The notes under the pieces: generated by a model
Database searches by the model: none
Told to the model about the DNA's origin: nothing
Seen by the model: only the letters and a program-made list of their open reading frames with translations
Made by a program: the position numbers and the translations under genes
From: Bacteroidales bacterium
GTDB lineage: Bacteria; Bacteroidota; Bacteroidia; Bacteroidales; FEN-979
NCBI GenBank assembly: GCA_025355465.1
Contig: JANXZO010000058.1
Location: 6,164-70,163 of the forward strand
Length of the DNA stretch: 64,000 nucleotides
Direction: 5' to 3'
Part shown: piece by piece, positions 27,225 through 37,543 of the stretch
Layout of the letters: the number at the start of each line of letters is the position of its first letter
How positions within the stretch are numbered: position 1 is the stretch's first letter

Positions 27225-28865
27225 TCAGGTATAGAGAAATCTTTTGATCTTCTGTGTGGCGGTTTTCTGAAAAGGATCGTTCTGTGTACGGACGATCTGT
27301 ACCTGCGAGAATTTATTGACTCTGGCATTTACATAATGCTGAAGTTCCATGCGCAGCTCTTCGATCTTCAGATCGACATAATTGGCAACTTCATCCTTGA
27401 GGTGGTGGTAACGTTGCTCAATCTCCTCCTGGTTGAAGTGTACGAGTGCCACCAGTTTGCCTTTCTGCTCCAGCACCAGCGATTCGGCTACATGCCGGAA
27501 GTTGTTGATCACCGATTCGATATCTTCGGGATAGACGTTTTCGCCATTGGAGCGTACGATCATGCTTTTGACCCGGCCTTTGATAAAGACGTAGCCGGAA
27601 TCATCCACTGATGCCAGGTCGCCGGTTTTGAGCCAGCCATCTTCGGTAAGCACCTCGCGGGTGAGGACCGGCTCTTTGTAGTAGCCTTTCATCACATTGG
27701 GACCATTCGCCCAGATCTCGCCTTCACCCGTTTTAGGATCGGGGTTGACGATTTTCAGGGTAACGCCGATGCATGCCGGTCCGGTAGACTGCAGCCTGGC
27801 CTGCTGCGGGTTGAACCCAGCCAGCAACGGTGCGCTTTCGGTGAGGCCATAACCTACGGCATAGGGAAAACGGGCTTCGATGAGAAATTTCTCCACCGCA
27901 CGGTTGAGTTTGGCGCCGCCAATACCGAAAAAGGTGAGCTGTCCGCCAAAGGTCTTCATCAGTTTCTTCCCCGCAATGCGGTTGAGCACCTTGCGAAAAG
28001 GAGGAATCTGATAGATGGTCCGCATCACCGGTTTATCGGTAAATGCCGGCAGTATCTTCGAACGGTAAATTTTTTCGATGATGAGCGGAACGGTCAGGAT
28101 CGTTGTGGGTTTCACCTCCTGGAGTGCAGGAAGGAGAACGGCCGGTGTGGGCGGTTTGCCCAGGTAATAGACACAGGCTCCACGGTACATCGGCAGGATG
28201 AGGCCCAGGGTATTTTCGTAAGTATGCGACAAAGGCAGGATGCAGAGGAAGCGGTCCGTTTCTTTAATATGCTGTATCTCATGTCCCTTGATGGCTGTGA
28301 AACAGATATTTTTATGCGAAAGCATCACACCTTTGGGCTTACCTGTCGTTCCGCTGGTGTAGATGATAGCGGCCAGGTCATCTTCCAGCACCTTGTACGT
28401 TTGTGCCGGACTGGCCTGTTTGTCGTAGGTAATGCCCGTTTCGCCACCGGCAACAAGGCTGAAATCTTCAATCCTTATGATCGAATTGAGCTCTTTAGTT
28501 TCTACGCCCTTTAACTTGTATGCCAGATTTTCCGACACAAAAACGGCTTTTGACTCTGAGTGTTCCAGCAACATGGTAATTTCAGCCGGTAGAAATTCAG
28601 GCAACAAAGGCACGGCGACGGCACCCATGAAGGTGATAGCGTAATAACTTATCCCCCAGTTTGGCATGTTGGAACTGAGGATGGCCACCTTGTCGCCCGG
28701 ACCAATGTTGAGCTTTTCAAGCAATGCCATCAAGGCCATGATCCGCTGATGAACCTCAGTGTAACTCAAGGGAGCGCCGCCAACCGAGGTTAGCGCGGGT
28801 CGGTCAGCGTACCGACCCAGGGTCTCCGCGAAGAATGCCGGAAAAGTTAACGTGGGATAGTCCAA
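27225..28865 (-). CDS. Long-chain-fatty-acid--CoA ligase (AMP-binding enzyme)
   Basis: 546 aa with the AMP-binding signature IIYTSGTTGKPKGVMLSH, GYGLTE and WLKTGD. Confidence 0.88.
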   Translation of the reverse strand: MDYPTLTFPAFFAETLGRYADRPALTSVGGAPLSYTEVHQRIMALMALLEKLNIGPGDKVAILSSNMPNWGISYYAITFMGAVAVPLLPEFLPAEITMLLEHSESKAVFVSENLAYKLKGVETKELNSIIRIEDFSLVAGGETGITYDKQASPAQTYKVLEDDLAAIIYTSGTTGKPKGVMLSHKNICFTAIKGHEIQHIKETDRFLCILPLSHTYENTLGLILPMYRGACVYYLGKPPTPAVLLPALQEVKPTTILTVPLIIEKIYRSKILPAFTDKPVMRTIYQIPPFRKVLNRIAGKKLMKTFGGQLTFFGIGGAKLNRAVEKFLIEARFPYAVGYGLTESAPLLAGFNPQQARLQSTGPACIGVTLKIVNPDPKTGEGEIWANGPNVMKGYYKEPVLTREVLTEDGWLKTGDLASVDDSGYVFIKGRVKSMIVRSNGENVYPEDIESVINNFRHVAESLVLEQKGKLVALVHFNQEEIEQRYHHLKDEVANYVDLKIEELRMELQHYVNARVNKFSQVQIVRTQNDPFQKTATQKIKRFLYT

Positions 28866-28921
28866 TAGGAGAATTTTAATACCGGCGCAAAGATACGAGG
28901 AAATATTTAATAGCGATTTCG

Positions 28922-31765
28922 CTATTTATTTATTACCACCTTCTTCACCACCCTCGAATTCTTATTCCGGATCACCACGGTGTAGATTCCTGCAGCCGCA
29001 GGTCTGAAATCGACCACCATGCTGAACTGTCCGTTCACCTCGATGTTCTTCACCTCGCGGATCTGAGCACCCAGGTTGTTGTAGATGGTGAGCGTAAAGT
29101 TCTCCTGTACGGCCGAGGTCATCGATACGGTGAACCTGCCATCGTTGGGAACCGGGTAGATGTTGAAGTTGCCGGTGCCTGTTTGGGTATCGGAATAGAA
29201 CCACTGATTTCCCGTAGTGGCACTGCTGGTAAGGGTGTCGCCCGTGGCCACAACCACCGGGGTAGCTGGCTTGGGGTTCACGGTGATGGCGCTGGTGGTG
29301 GCTACCGAGCAGGTTACCCCTGCTGCTCCCTGGCATACGGACGATGTTCCCGTAAACTGTCAGGTTGCCACTGGTGACGCCGCGTGCCCTGAAGTGATAG
29401 GTTGTGTTGCCGGTGAGACCTGTCAGACCTGCGTTCATGCCGGTCAGGGTGTTTCCTGTAACGGAAGCGGGCGCTGCATTGGCAACATTTCCGTAGGCTA
29501 CACTGGTTCCCCAGTCAAAAAAGAGGTTGAAGGTCGTGTTGGATGCATTGGCGCTCCCGTTGAGGGTGGCCACATTATAAAGCACGCCTGATGCAGCCTG
29601 GGTGGTGATCAGCGGATTCACGGTCAGCGAATTGGCCTCCTGCCCGGTGTAGGTCTGCCATGAGGCGAGGGTCGGGAAATCGAAGTCAATGCCGAAGCCG
29701 TTCGTATATTTCTGGGCGATCTGGCCATTGTAGCCATCAATATAATAGTCATTGTTTTCGGCGTCATGGAGTTACGCAGGATGTTGTTGCGGACTTCAAA
29801 ATTGGCTCCGGTGGACTGGTAGTTGAATCCGATACAGGCCGATGAAGCATCATATTGGGAGGAAAGGAATGCCCCTGTAAAGGAGATGGTGTTGTGCAGA
29901 ATTTTCACATTTCCGCCTGAACGGATGAAGATACCATAGGTGATGTTCATTCCCACTCCCGGATTCATCCCCGGAGATTTGATGTCGTAAATAACGTTGT
30001 TCGAGATCTCGGTAACCGTTGTCGCATCCGAAGCATACCAGATGCCGGAAACGCCTCAGCCATCGTCGGAATTGCGGTAGAAATCATGGATCTTATTTTT
30101 GGTCACCTTCGTGCTCCTGGTCGTTGTAGGAACCAATCATGTTATTCGTGATCTGGATGTTATTGGATGAGAAAAAGACCGGAAAGATCCCCACAACGGA
30201 GGAGTTTACAGGCGTACCTTGTATTTTACAGTTACTGATGGTGATGTTGCTTGCCGGATTTGGCCCTCCGAAGTTCAGGAACATAATACCATAGGCCGCT
30301 GCCAGGGAGAGGGTTGTGTAGTCTTTTCCGACGCCGACGTGAAACACGCCCGATATTCCCTGGATGACGTTGTAGGAATAGGGAGCATTCGGGGGGGGTT
30401 GCAGGATGGCGGGTTAATAAAAAATCCACTCGCACCCAGCGATGGAAACGAGCCTGCATTTGGAGTTGCGGCCATGCCCTGAGCAACCAAATAATAAGAA
30501 ACCACGTCGCCAACAACGGTGCCTGCACCAAAAGTGAAGTTGTAGGTATTCCCCGAAACATAGGTTCCCTGCGCAGCCTGGTAACTTCCGGTGTTGACCT
30601 TCCAGTAGAGTACAGGCAAACCGGCACCTGACACGGGAACTCCGCCGCCGTCTACGATGGTTGCCGTGAGGGTTCTGGGATTGCCATTGTAAGTGTGGTT
30701 AAGCGGCGTATAGGTAATGGACGGAGGGGTGATATCGTTCGGAATACAACCGAACTCATCGGCTCCGAGGTCAGGAGCCAGCGGAGGATAGGATGCATTG
30801 ACCGGATATCCAGGGTTTGGATACCTGGCATCGTTGTCAAAATCGGTGGTAATCGCCACGGGGCTGCTAACAATTGACCCGCCATGTTCGCACTGGGTAG
30901 CAACATTGTTTTTGAGGTGCACATCGAACGGGGATGTTGTTTCGCACGTCGGCCGTTCCGCCGGAACCTGAATAAACATAAAGTGCCGTCGATCCGAAAT
31001 TGGCTGCCGAGGAGGAGAGATAAAATCCATAGATGTTGGATCCTGCCGTCAGTCCTTCAATATTCGAAACGGTATTCCGATAGAAATTTGAGAGTCCCGT
31101 GTTCGCGGAGACGTTATAGCCATAGATTCCATAAAAGGCACCTTCTGCCTTGCTGATGTTGGTAACTGTATTGTTGTAAACGTTCCTGGTCCCAATGTCG
31201 AAAGAGGCATTGATGCCGTAAGTTCCGCCGGTGGAAGCCACGATGTTGTTACTGACCAGATTGTTGTACATGTTCAGAAGACCTCCGTTTCCGGCAGCAG
31301 CGATAAATTGAGTCTGACCGCCTCCGGTGACCGATTGAATACGGCTGTTTCCGGTCACCGAGGGGGCGGCAATGGAGGTATTTACACTTGCATTGTGGTT
31401 GTTTGAATAGATCCCTTTGGTGTTCACCGAGGTCTTGTTCAGCGTGATCGCGCAATTTTTTATGGTAATATTCTGCGAACCGTTGACAGGTGACGACCTC
31501 AGGATGGCATAACCAAATTCCACGGCACCCGTGGTCTCCTGTACGTTGATCCCATCGAAAGTCACATAGTCGCTGCCCTCCGTGCAAAAGATATAGTCTA
31601 AGGTTCCGGGAGCCGTGGCAAACCCGGTGATCACGGGGTTCAGGCCCACACCACTTTTCTGAAAAACAATGCGGTTGGCAGCCGATCCGGTCGTTGTGTT
31701 GATCAATCCTGCAGTTAACGACGTAAAGGCAGGAAAACAACTGATGTGAACAAAATTTTCTTCAT
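28922..31765 (-). pseudogene. Heavily disrupted T9SS cargo gene: right-handed beta-helix adhesin-like protein with Por C-terminal tail
   Basis: Six or more consecutive minus-strand ORF pieces in different frames read as a single protein: 31765-31730 (signal MKKILFTSVVF), then 31706-30867, 31030-30275, 30347-30093, 29968-29624, 29621-28962 and 29281-28922. Beta-helix repeats are visible (NITIKNCAITLN.., VRNNI.., ISNNVIYDIKS), along with a tail YPVPNDGRFTV..GIYTVVIRNKNSRVVKKVVINK. There is an in-frame TGA at 30056-30058 (DDG*GVSGIWY). Frameshifts occur at the G8 tract 30391-30398, at a C4 run near 30940, and elsewhere. Confidence 0.75.
30391..30398. other. G8 (C8 on the coding strand) homopolymer coinciding with a frameshift
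   Basis: The minus strand reads ..ASGFFINPPSCN-CCCCCCCC-.. After the tract the sense reading continues in another frame (NAPYSYNVIQGISGVFHVGVGKDYTTL). Confidence 0.85.
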
Positions 31766-31795
31766 GGGTTCTCGGATTATTGGTTGTTAAATAAA

Positions 31796-31957
31796 CTACT
31801 CTTTGTCTGATTGTTTCATGTTTTCGATGATCTCCCGGAGTATCTTGTTTTGAAGTTTCTTCCGGTTAATGAAGTCCTGAATGAAATCCAGATCCTCATC
31901 AGGCCGGCCGTTTTTGTCGTCGAAGTCATTTTCGGTATCCTTATCTTCTTTTTCCAT
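31796..31957 (-). CDS. Small acidic hypothetical protein
   Basis: 53 aa from an internal ATG (MEKEDKDTENDFDDKNGRPDEDLDFIQDFINRKKLQNKILREIIENMKQSDKE). No homology recognised, so it may not be real. Confidence 0.3.
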   Translation of the reverse strand: MEKEDKDTENDFDDKNGRPDEDLDFIQDFINRKKLQNKILREIIENMKQSDKE

Positions 31958-32187
31958 CACGCACAAATAATTCAGGTAAATTCCGGACTGCGGTGCAAAT
32001 GTCTGCTCCCGATAGCCCGGTTGCAAATTTTTCGCAAGTACAAAAAAGCATCGCCTGGAAGAAACCACCTGTACATAACCTGTACATGGCTGCCACAAAT
32101 CGTGGATCATTCTGTGAATAAATGCTTTAACCGGAATAGATAATTATCACCTCCGGGAAGGAAAAACCGGAAAACAGGTGTTTTAAG

Positions 32188-33490
32188 TTAAAATTGGGAT
32201 AGAAAAGTGATGAGGTTGACTTCAGAATTGGAGATTCCGAGCTTCTGACGGAGACGATAGCGGGCGGTTTCGCGGGAGCTGACCCGCTGCCCGGTGAGGG
32301 ATGCGATATCTTTAGAGGACATGTTCAAACGAAGTAAAGCGCAGATTTTCAACGCACTGGGACTCAGGTTTGGGAATTTCACCAGGAGTTTGTCATAAAA
32401 TTCTCCATGTACCTCCTTGAACCTGAGCGAAAATTCACTCAGTATCTCGTCCTCCTGGCTCTTCTGCAGCTCTTTGGCCACCTTTTTAAGAGTATCCTTG
32501 CCCTCCTCTGTTTTTGCTTCTCCCTCAATCTTGATCAATTTTTCGGAAAGGTCGGCCAGCATTTCATTCTTCTTCATCAGTGCCATCACATTGAGGACCA
32601 TCTCTTTGTTCTTGAATTCCAACTCCTTTTCGAGACTCTCCTTGCGAAGGATGGCATTTTTCGCCCTCACCTTCAGTCTGCCCCGGAGCAAAAGAAGGAT
32701 AACGATCCCCGAGATCAGGATGATGATGAGGATGATGGTGATATAGTCCCTTCTTTGCTGTGCCAGGGTTTTCCGGGTTTGCTCCTTATCAAACTGATAT
32801 TGTGCCTCCAGCTTTGTCAGCGACCGTTGCTTCTCTCCGCTGGTGAGACTATCCTTGATCTGGCTTTCGAGGATGGTGTAATCATAGGCTTTCAGTGTGT
32901 CCCTAACGGCAAGACTCAAACGACGCATCAGCCCGGCGGCACTAAGCTCTACCTCCATAAACCCCATGCTTCGACTATGGTCGAGTGCTTCGCCGGCAGA
33001 TTCAAATCCCTTTGCGTAATTTCTGGTTTCCAGGCAGTACTCGCCAACCTGTACCTGGCATCTGGCGATCCTGAGCTGGTTTTTCAACTTGGTAAATATG
33101 GTGAGGGCACGTTCCAGGTATTGTATGGACAACGGATAATTTTTCAATTTCAGGTAGGTGGTGCCGATATTCAATGAGCTGCTGCCCTCCATGCGCGGAT
33201 CACTGTTTTTCACGGCAATCTGCAGCGCCTTCGGATAGTTTTTCTGCTGGTAGTACGACACCCCGATCCGGCTTGAGGATTGCGCCATGCCGCGTTGATC
33301 TTTCAGCGCTTCGTAGATCTTCAGACCCCGGAAGTAGTACTCCTAACTTTTGTCCTTGTCCCCAAAATCATCATAGATCGCTCCCATGGCATCAAGTGCA
33401 AGTGCGACCGCGATCCAGAACCCCGATCATAAAAAACGGGATCAATAAAAAGGGCAGGGTCAGGTAAACGGGGCTTTTCAAAAATGGCAT
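32188..33490 (-). pseudogene. TPR / TM / LuxR-type HTH regulator with one frameshift and one in-frame TAG
   Basis: The C-terminus is a LuxR HTH (MSSKDIASLTGQRVSSRETARYRLRQKLGI), preceded by a TM segment (YITIILIIILISGIVILLLL) and TPR units. Upstream in frame: ..FWIAVALALDAMGAIYDDFGDKDKS*EYYFRGLKIYEALKDQRGMAQ, with TAG at 33343-33345. The N-terminus MPFLKSPVYLTLPFLLIPFFMIG (ATG at 33490) is in another frame, with the junction at a G4 run near 33420. Confidence 0.6.
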
Positions 33491-33684
33491 GGTTTAAACT
33501 CAACCTGGAAATCAAATTCAAATCTACAAAATAATCCCCGGATAAGTATTTTTACGTCATTCAAAAGATACTTTCCGGAGGGAGAATACAGGTTTTTCAG
33601 GCTCCACAGAAAAAAATACGCGGAGTTTTACCGGCGCCAGCGAAAATATTGTATTTTTATGGAGACACTAAATTATCTGTACGC

Positions 33685-34614
33685 ATGAAAACAAGAATCT
33701 ATTTACTTCAACTGGTCACGCCCTTGCTGCTGGGCCTTGTGATATTTATCAGTGCTGCGGATCTGCAGGCCCAGCGCAACGGAGGGAAGTCCGCCAAAGG
33801 CGGCACCAACCGCGAAGCCTCCTCCAGGTCGGCCTCCGGTCAGTCGAGAGGCGGCGGCGGCGATATGCAGAAGTCCGGCCAGGGAGGAACGAACAATTCA
33901 ACGGGCAACAGAACCGATGTGTCGGGTGGTAACAAAACCAACGTGTCGGGCGGTAACAATACCAACGTGTCGGGTGGAAACAAAACCAACATCTCGGGTG
34001 GAAACAAGACCAACGTCAGCGGAAACAATGTAAACATCAACAACAGCAAGAATGTGAACATCAACAACAGCCGCACCACGGTGGTGGTGGCCAATCCGCG
34101 GCCCTACCCGCGACCGCCGTACGCCTACGGAGGCCACAGCTATTACGCCTACCATCCTTACTATTATCATCCCTATAAGCCATTCTATTACGGACCGGCT
34201 TTTCATCCCATGGGGTTTTTTATTGCCACCATGGCAGCCACAGCCATCATTGTCACTGTTGCCAGTCAGCAATATCATTACGATCAGGGGGTTTATTATG
34301 TAGCCAGCAACGGTGGTTATACCGTCGTCCCTGCACCGGTCGGGGCTACTGTCAAAACACTTCCTCCTGCCACACAAACCGTCGTGATCAACGAAACCAA
34401 CAACAACTATTATTATGGAGGCACCTATTATGAGAAAAAGCCCGACGGGTATGTGGTGGTTCCTCCAACTGCCGGTTCAGTGGTAGAGAACCTTCCCGAA
34501 GGTGGCAAGGAGGTAAAGGTGGGCGAAGTAACCTATGTTCAGGTAGGCGAAACCTACTATCAGCCCATCGAAAAGGATGGCAAACCGATGTTCGAAGTGG
34601 TGGAGGTGAAGTGA
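33685..34614 (+). CDS. Secreted/membrane protein with an Asn-rich octapeptide repeat, a Tyr/Pro-rich segment and a conserved C-terminal region
   Basis: Starts at MKTRIYLLQLVTPLLLGLVIFISA (ATG at 33685). It has the repeats (NKTNVSGG)n, a segment RPYPRPPYAYGGHSYYAYHPYYYHPYKPFYYGP, a TM segment (FFIATMAATAIIVTVA), and then YYYGGTYYEKKPDGYVVVPPTAG..TYYQPIEKDG. Confidence 0.7.
   Translation: MKTRIYLLQLVTPLLLGLVIFISAADLQAQRNGGKSAKGGTNREASSRSASGQSRGGGGDMQKSGQGGTNNSTGNRTDVSGGNKTNVSGGNNTNVSGGNKTNISGGNKTNVSGNNVNINNSKNVNINNSRTTVVVANPRPYPRPPYAYGGHSYYAYHPYYYHPYKPFYYGPAFHPMGFFIATMAATAIIVTVASQQYHYDQGVYYVASNGGYTVVPAPVGATVKTLPPATQTVVINETNNNYYYGGTYYEKKPDGYVVVPPTAGSVVENLPEGGKEVKVGEVTYVQVGETYYQPIEKDGKPMFEVVEVK
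33919..34035 (+). repeat. 24-bp tandem repeat (about 4.8 units) encoding NKTNVSGG units
   Basis: The units are gtgtcgggtggtaacaaaaccaac / gtgtcgggcggtaacaataccaac / gtgtcgggtggaaacaaaaccaac / atctcgggtggaaacaagaccaac / gtcagcggaaacaatgtaaac. Confidence 0.9.
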
Positions 34615-34626
34615 CAGCACTGCTGA

Positions 34627-35937
34627 TCACCACCACCTGATGCCGGCAAGCCGGCAAAGCTCCATTCTTGATAACAGCAGGTTATATTCAAACTGCAGGC
34701 GACTTAGCTGCGCATCTTTGTAGTTTGTGAGTGAGGTCAGCAGGTCCAGGTTGGTGATCACGCCGTATTTGTAACGGTCGGCTGCCAGTTCGCGGGCCAG
34801 CTGCGCCTGACGGATCAGGGTGTCGGCGCCGGCCAGTTTCTTCTGGTTCTTTGCGATGTCGTCGAGTGCATTCAGGAGGTCCTTGTTCAGGTTCACCTTT
34901 TGCGCCTCCAGGGCCTGCTTCGACGCATTGAGCTGGATGGTCGCCATCTTCTTCTGCAGCCCGGGTCGCGATGCCGCAAGGATCGGGATCGTAATTCCTC
35001 CTCCTACATAATAGTTGAACGCTGCCGCATCGATGTTGGGCATGAATCCGTTCTTGACACCCAGTCCGGCCATCAGGTTCATGGTTGGCAGGAAGTTGCG
35101 GTTGGCCGAAACAATATCCCAGGAGGCCGATCTGATCTTGTCGCCGGCAACACGCAGCTCGGGGTTATTCTGATAGGCAAGGGCCATGATGGAATCGGTG
35201 GCTACCCCGAACGTGGACTGGTCCACCACCGTGTCGCTAAGGTAACGGGAGCCGCTGTTGCCGGTAAGCATTCCCAGCATGTTGTACTGTTTATTAAGCT
35301 GGGTGGTGAGGTCGGTATAGAAATTCTCGGCATTGGTGTATTTTACCTGGGTCGAAACAAGATCGTAGCTGAGCGCATCTCCGTTTTTCACCTTCACCGT
35401 TATCTGCTGCAGGGTGGACTGAAGGAGGTTGATCTGCTCCTGCTGTACAACCAGACTCTTGTTGAGGAAGATGATGGAATAGTACACCTGTGCAACCTGG
35501 TAGGCCAGCTGAATCTTGAAATTCTCCAGGTTGTCCTTTGAGGTCTCCAGCTCGCTTTTGGCCTTGTTCACCGTGGCGGAAGTCCGCAGGTCGATAACGG
35601 GCTGAACCAGGCTTACCGAGGCGTTGTAATTGTCGGCCGGAAGAAACCTGATATCCTGCAACTGTCCCTGCCCCATGGGGAACTGAATTGTCGGGGTGGG
35701 GTACTGACGGCGATAGGAAAGGTCGCCGCTGGCAACGGGAAGGTAGCCCGCTTTGCCAAGGCTCACCTTCACCTCGCTCATCCGCACCAGGTCGACCATT
35801 TCAGCCACCCTCGGGTATTTCTGAAACGACTGGCCAACAAATCCCTTCAGGGTTCCGGGCACCGCAATCTCCTGCGCTTTTAAACCCGGCAGCAAGAACG
35901 GGATGACGAAAATTAAAACAAAAACTCTCATAAACAT
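34627..35937 (-). CDS. TolC-family outer-membrane efflux protein
   Basis: The likely start is MFMRVFVLIFVIPFLLPGLKAQE at 35937. About 436 aa with two OEP repeats. It is the last gene of the HlyD-MFS-TolC operon. Confidence 0.85.
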   Translation of the reverse strand: MFMRVFVLIFVIPFLLPGLKAQEIAVPGTLKGFVGQSFQKYPRVAEMVDLVRMSEVKVSLGKAGYLPVASGDLSYRRQYPTPTIQFPMGQGQLQDIRFLPADNYNASVSLVQPVIDLRTSATVNKAKSELETSKDNLENFKIQLAYQVAQVYYSIIFLNKSLVVQQEQINLLQSTLQQITVKVKNGDALSYDLVSTQVKYTNAENFYTDLTTQLNKQYNMLGMLTGNSGSRYLSDTVVDQSTFGVATDSIMALAYQNNPELRVAGDKIRSASWDIVSANRNFLPTMNLMAGLGVKNGFMPNIDAAAFNYYVGGGITIPILAASRPGLQKKMATIQLNASKQALEAQKVNLNKDLLNALDDIAKNQKKLAGADTLIRQAQLARELAADRYKYGVITNLDLLTSLTNYKDAQLSRLQFEYNLLLSRMELCRLAGIRWW

Positions 35938-35944
35938 CAATTTT

Positions 35945-35967
35945 AAATCGTAAATCGTAAATCGTAA
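35945..35967. repeat. (AAATCGT)x3 heptamer array
   Basis: aaatcgtaaatcgtaaatcgtaa makes up 23 of the 35 nt between the MFS stop (35973) and the TolC start (35937). Confidence 0.9.
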
Positions 35968-35972
35968 TTCGC

Positions 35973-37535
35973 TCAATGTGCTTCTCCGGCTGCGCTCATC
36001 TGATCACCCCCTATCTTTCGGTTCCGTGCAATGAAGATCAGGGGGAATGAGATGAGAATGAAAATCGTTGCGAACAGGAACGCGTCCAGGTAACTCAGCA
36101 TGAAGGTCTGCTTCATCACAGTAATTTCGATCACCTGGTAAGTCTGTTGCTGCAGGTTTGTCCCGGCCGGCAGCCTCGACTGAAGTCCCTGGAAGACCTG
36201 ATTGTAGCGTTCGGCAAACTGCGCACTGCCGTTGTAAATGTTGCTGATGAGGTCGGTACGGTGTATGGCTACCCGGTGTGCAATGTAATTGTTCATGATG
36301 GCAATACCAAAGGAGCCGCCAAGTTGTCTCATCATGTTGTTCAGCGCCACTCCCTGGGGAATATCGCGTGGCTGAAGTCCGGCCACGGCCATCGCATTCA
36401 GCGGAACGAAAAGGCAGGCCAGTCCGGCGCCCCGGATCATCAGGGGCAGGGCAAAAAATCCCGAGGTAACGTTCAGATCGGCCTGCGACATCAATATCCC
36501 GAATCCCATCAGGGCAATGAAACCGAGGGTCACAAAGATCTTTGGCGAGGCTCCGATCTGCAGCATCTTGCCGATGAAGGGCATGAAGATCAGGGAGAGG
36601 ATGGAGGCCGGCAGCAGCGTGAGCCCGGTTTCGTAGGCCGTATAGCCCAGCACCCTTTGCAGCATCAGGGGAAAGATGAACACCGACGTGAACAGGATAA
36701 ACCCCACGATGAAGGTGAGGATGGTTGTAAGCGCCAGGTTCCGGTCTTTAAGTATGCGCAGCTTCACCACAGGTTCCTTCTGTTTTAGCTCCCACCATAC
36801 AAAGGTTACAAGTCCCACCACCGCGATCACGGTAAACCAGATGATAAGCCGCGAGTCGAACCAGTCTTCCGATTCGCCCCGTTCGAGCACATACTGCAAC
36901 GCGCCGATGCCGATGGTGAGCAGAAAGATCCCCGACCAGTCGATGCGCGGCTTGGCCGTGATGTCGAACCCCCGGGGGATGAACCGGTAGGTCAGGAGAC
37001 TGGCCATGATGCCAAACGGCACATTGATGTAAAATATCAGCGGCCACGCATAGCTGTCGATGATCAGTCCGCCAACTGTTGGTCCGAGCGTGGGGCCAAG
37101 TACCACCCCCATTCCGAAGAGCGCAGCGGCCAGTCCCCGTTGTTTTCCCGGGAAAGTTTCGAACAGGATGGATTGCGAGGTGGAGAGCAGTCCGCCGCCG
37201 CCCAGCCCCTGCACAAAACGCCACAGTACGATCTGCCAGAGCGAGGTCGACATGCCACAGAAGACGGAGGCGATGGTAAAGATGGCGATGGAGGCCATGT
37301 AGTAACGCCGGCGTCCGAAATAGGCTGCCAGAAAACCGGTCATGGGGATGATGATCACGTTGGCAATGGCATAGGAGGTGATCACCCAGGCAATGTCCTC
37401 GATGGAAGCGCCCAGGTTTCCGGCCATCTGGTTCAGCGCCACATTCACAATGGAGGTATCGATCAGCTCCATGATGGCTGCCGAGATGGTGGTGAGCGCG
37501 ATGAATATTTTAGCTGCTTTGTCGAGGGAACTCAT
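35973..37535 (-). CDS. MFS transporter, DHA2 (EmrB/QacA) 14-TM drug-efflux family
   Basis: 520 aa with MELIDTSIVNVAL and GRRRYYMASIAIFTIASVFCG, and a 14-TM layout. Confidence 0.88.
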   Translation of the reverse strand: MSSLDKAAKIFIALTTISAAIMELIDTSIVNVALNQMAGNLGASIEDIAWVITSYAIANVIIIPMTGFLAAYFGRRRYYMASIAIFTIASVFCGMSTSLWQIVLWRFVQGLGGGGLLSTSQSILFETFPGKQRGLAAALFGMGVVLGPTLGPTVGGLIIDSYAWPLIFYINVPFGIMASLLTYRFIPRGFDITAKPRIDWSGIFLLTIGIGALQYVLERGESEDWFDSRLIIWFTVIAVVGLVTFVWWELKQKEPVVKLRILKDRNLALTTILTFIVGFILFTSVFIFPLMLQRVLGYTAYETGLTLLPASILSLIFMPFIGKMLQIGASPKIFVTLGFIALMGFGILMSQADLNVTSGFFALPLMIRGAGLACLFVPLNAMAVAGLQPRDIPQGVALNNMMRQLGGSFGIAIMNNYIAHRVAIHRTDLISNIYNGSAQFAERYNQVFQGLQSRLPAGTNLQQQTYQVIEITVMKQTFMLSYLDAFLFATIFILISFPLIFIARNRKIGGDQMSAAGEAH

Positions 37536-37543
37536 CGCACCGG

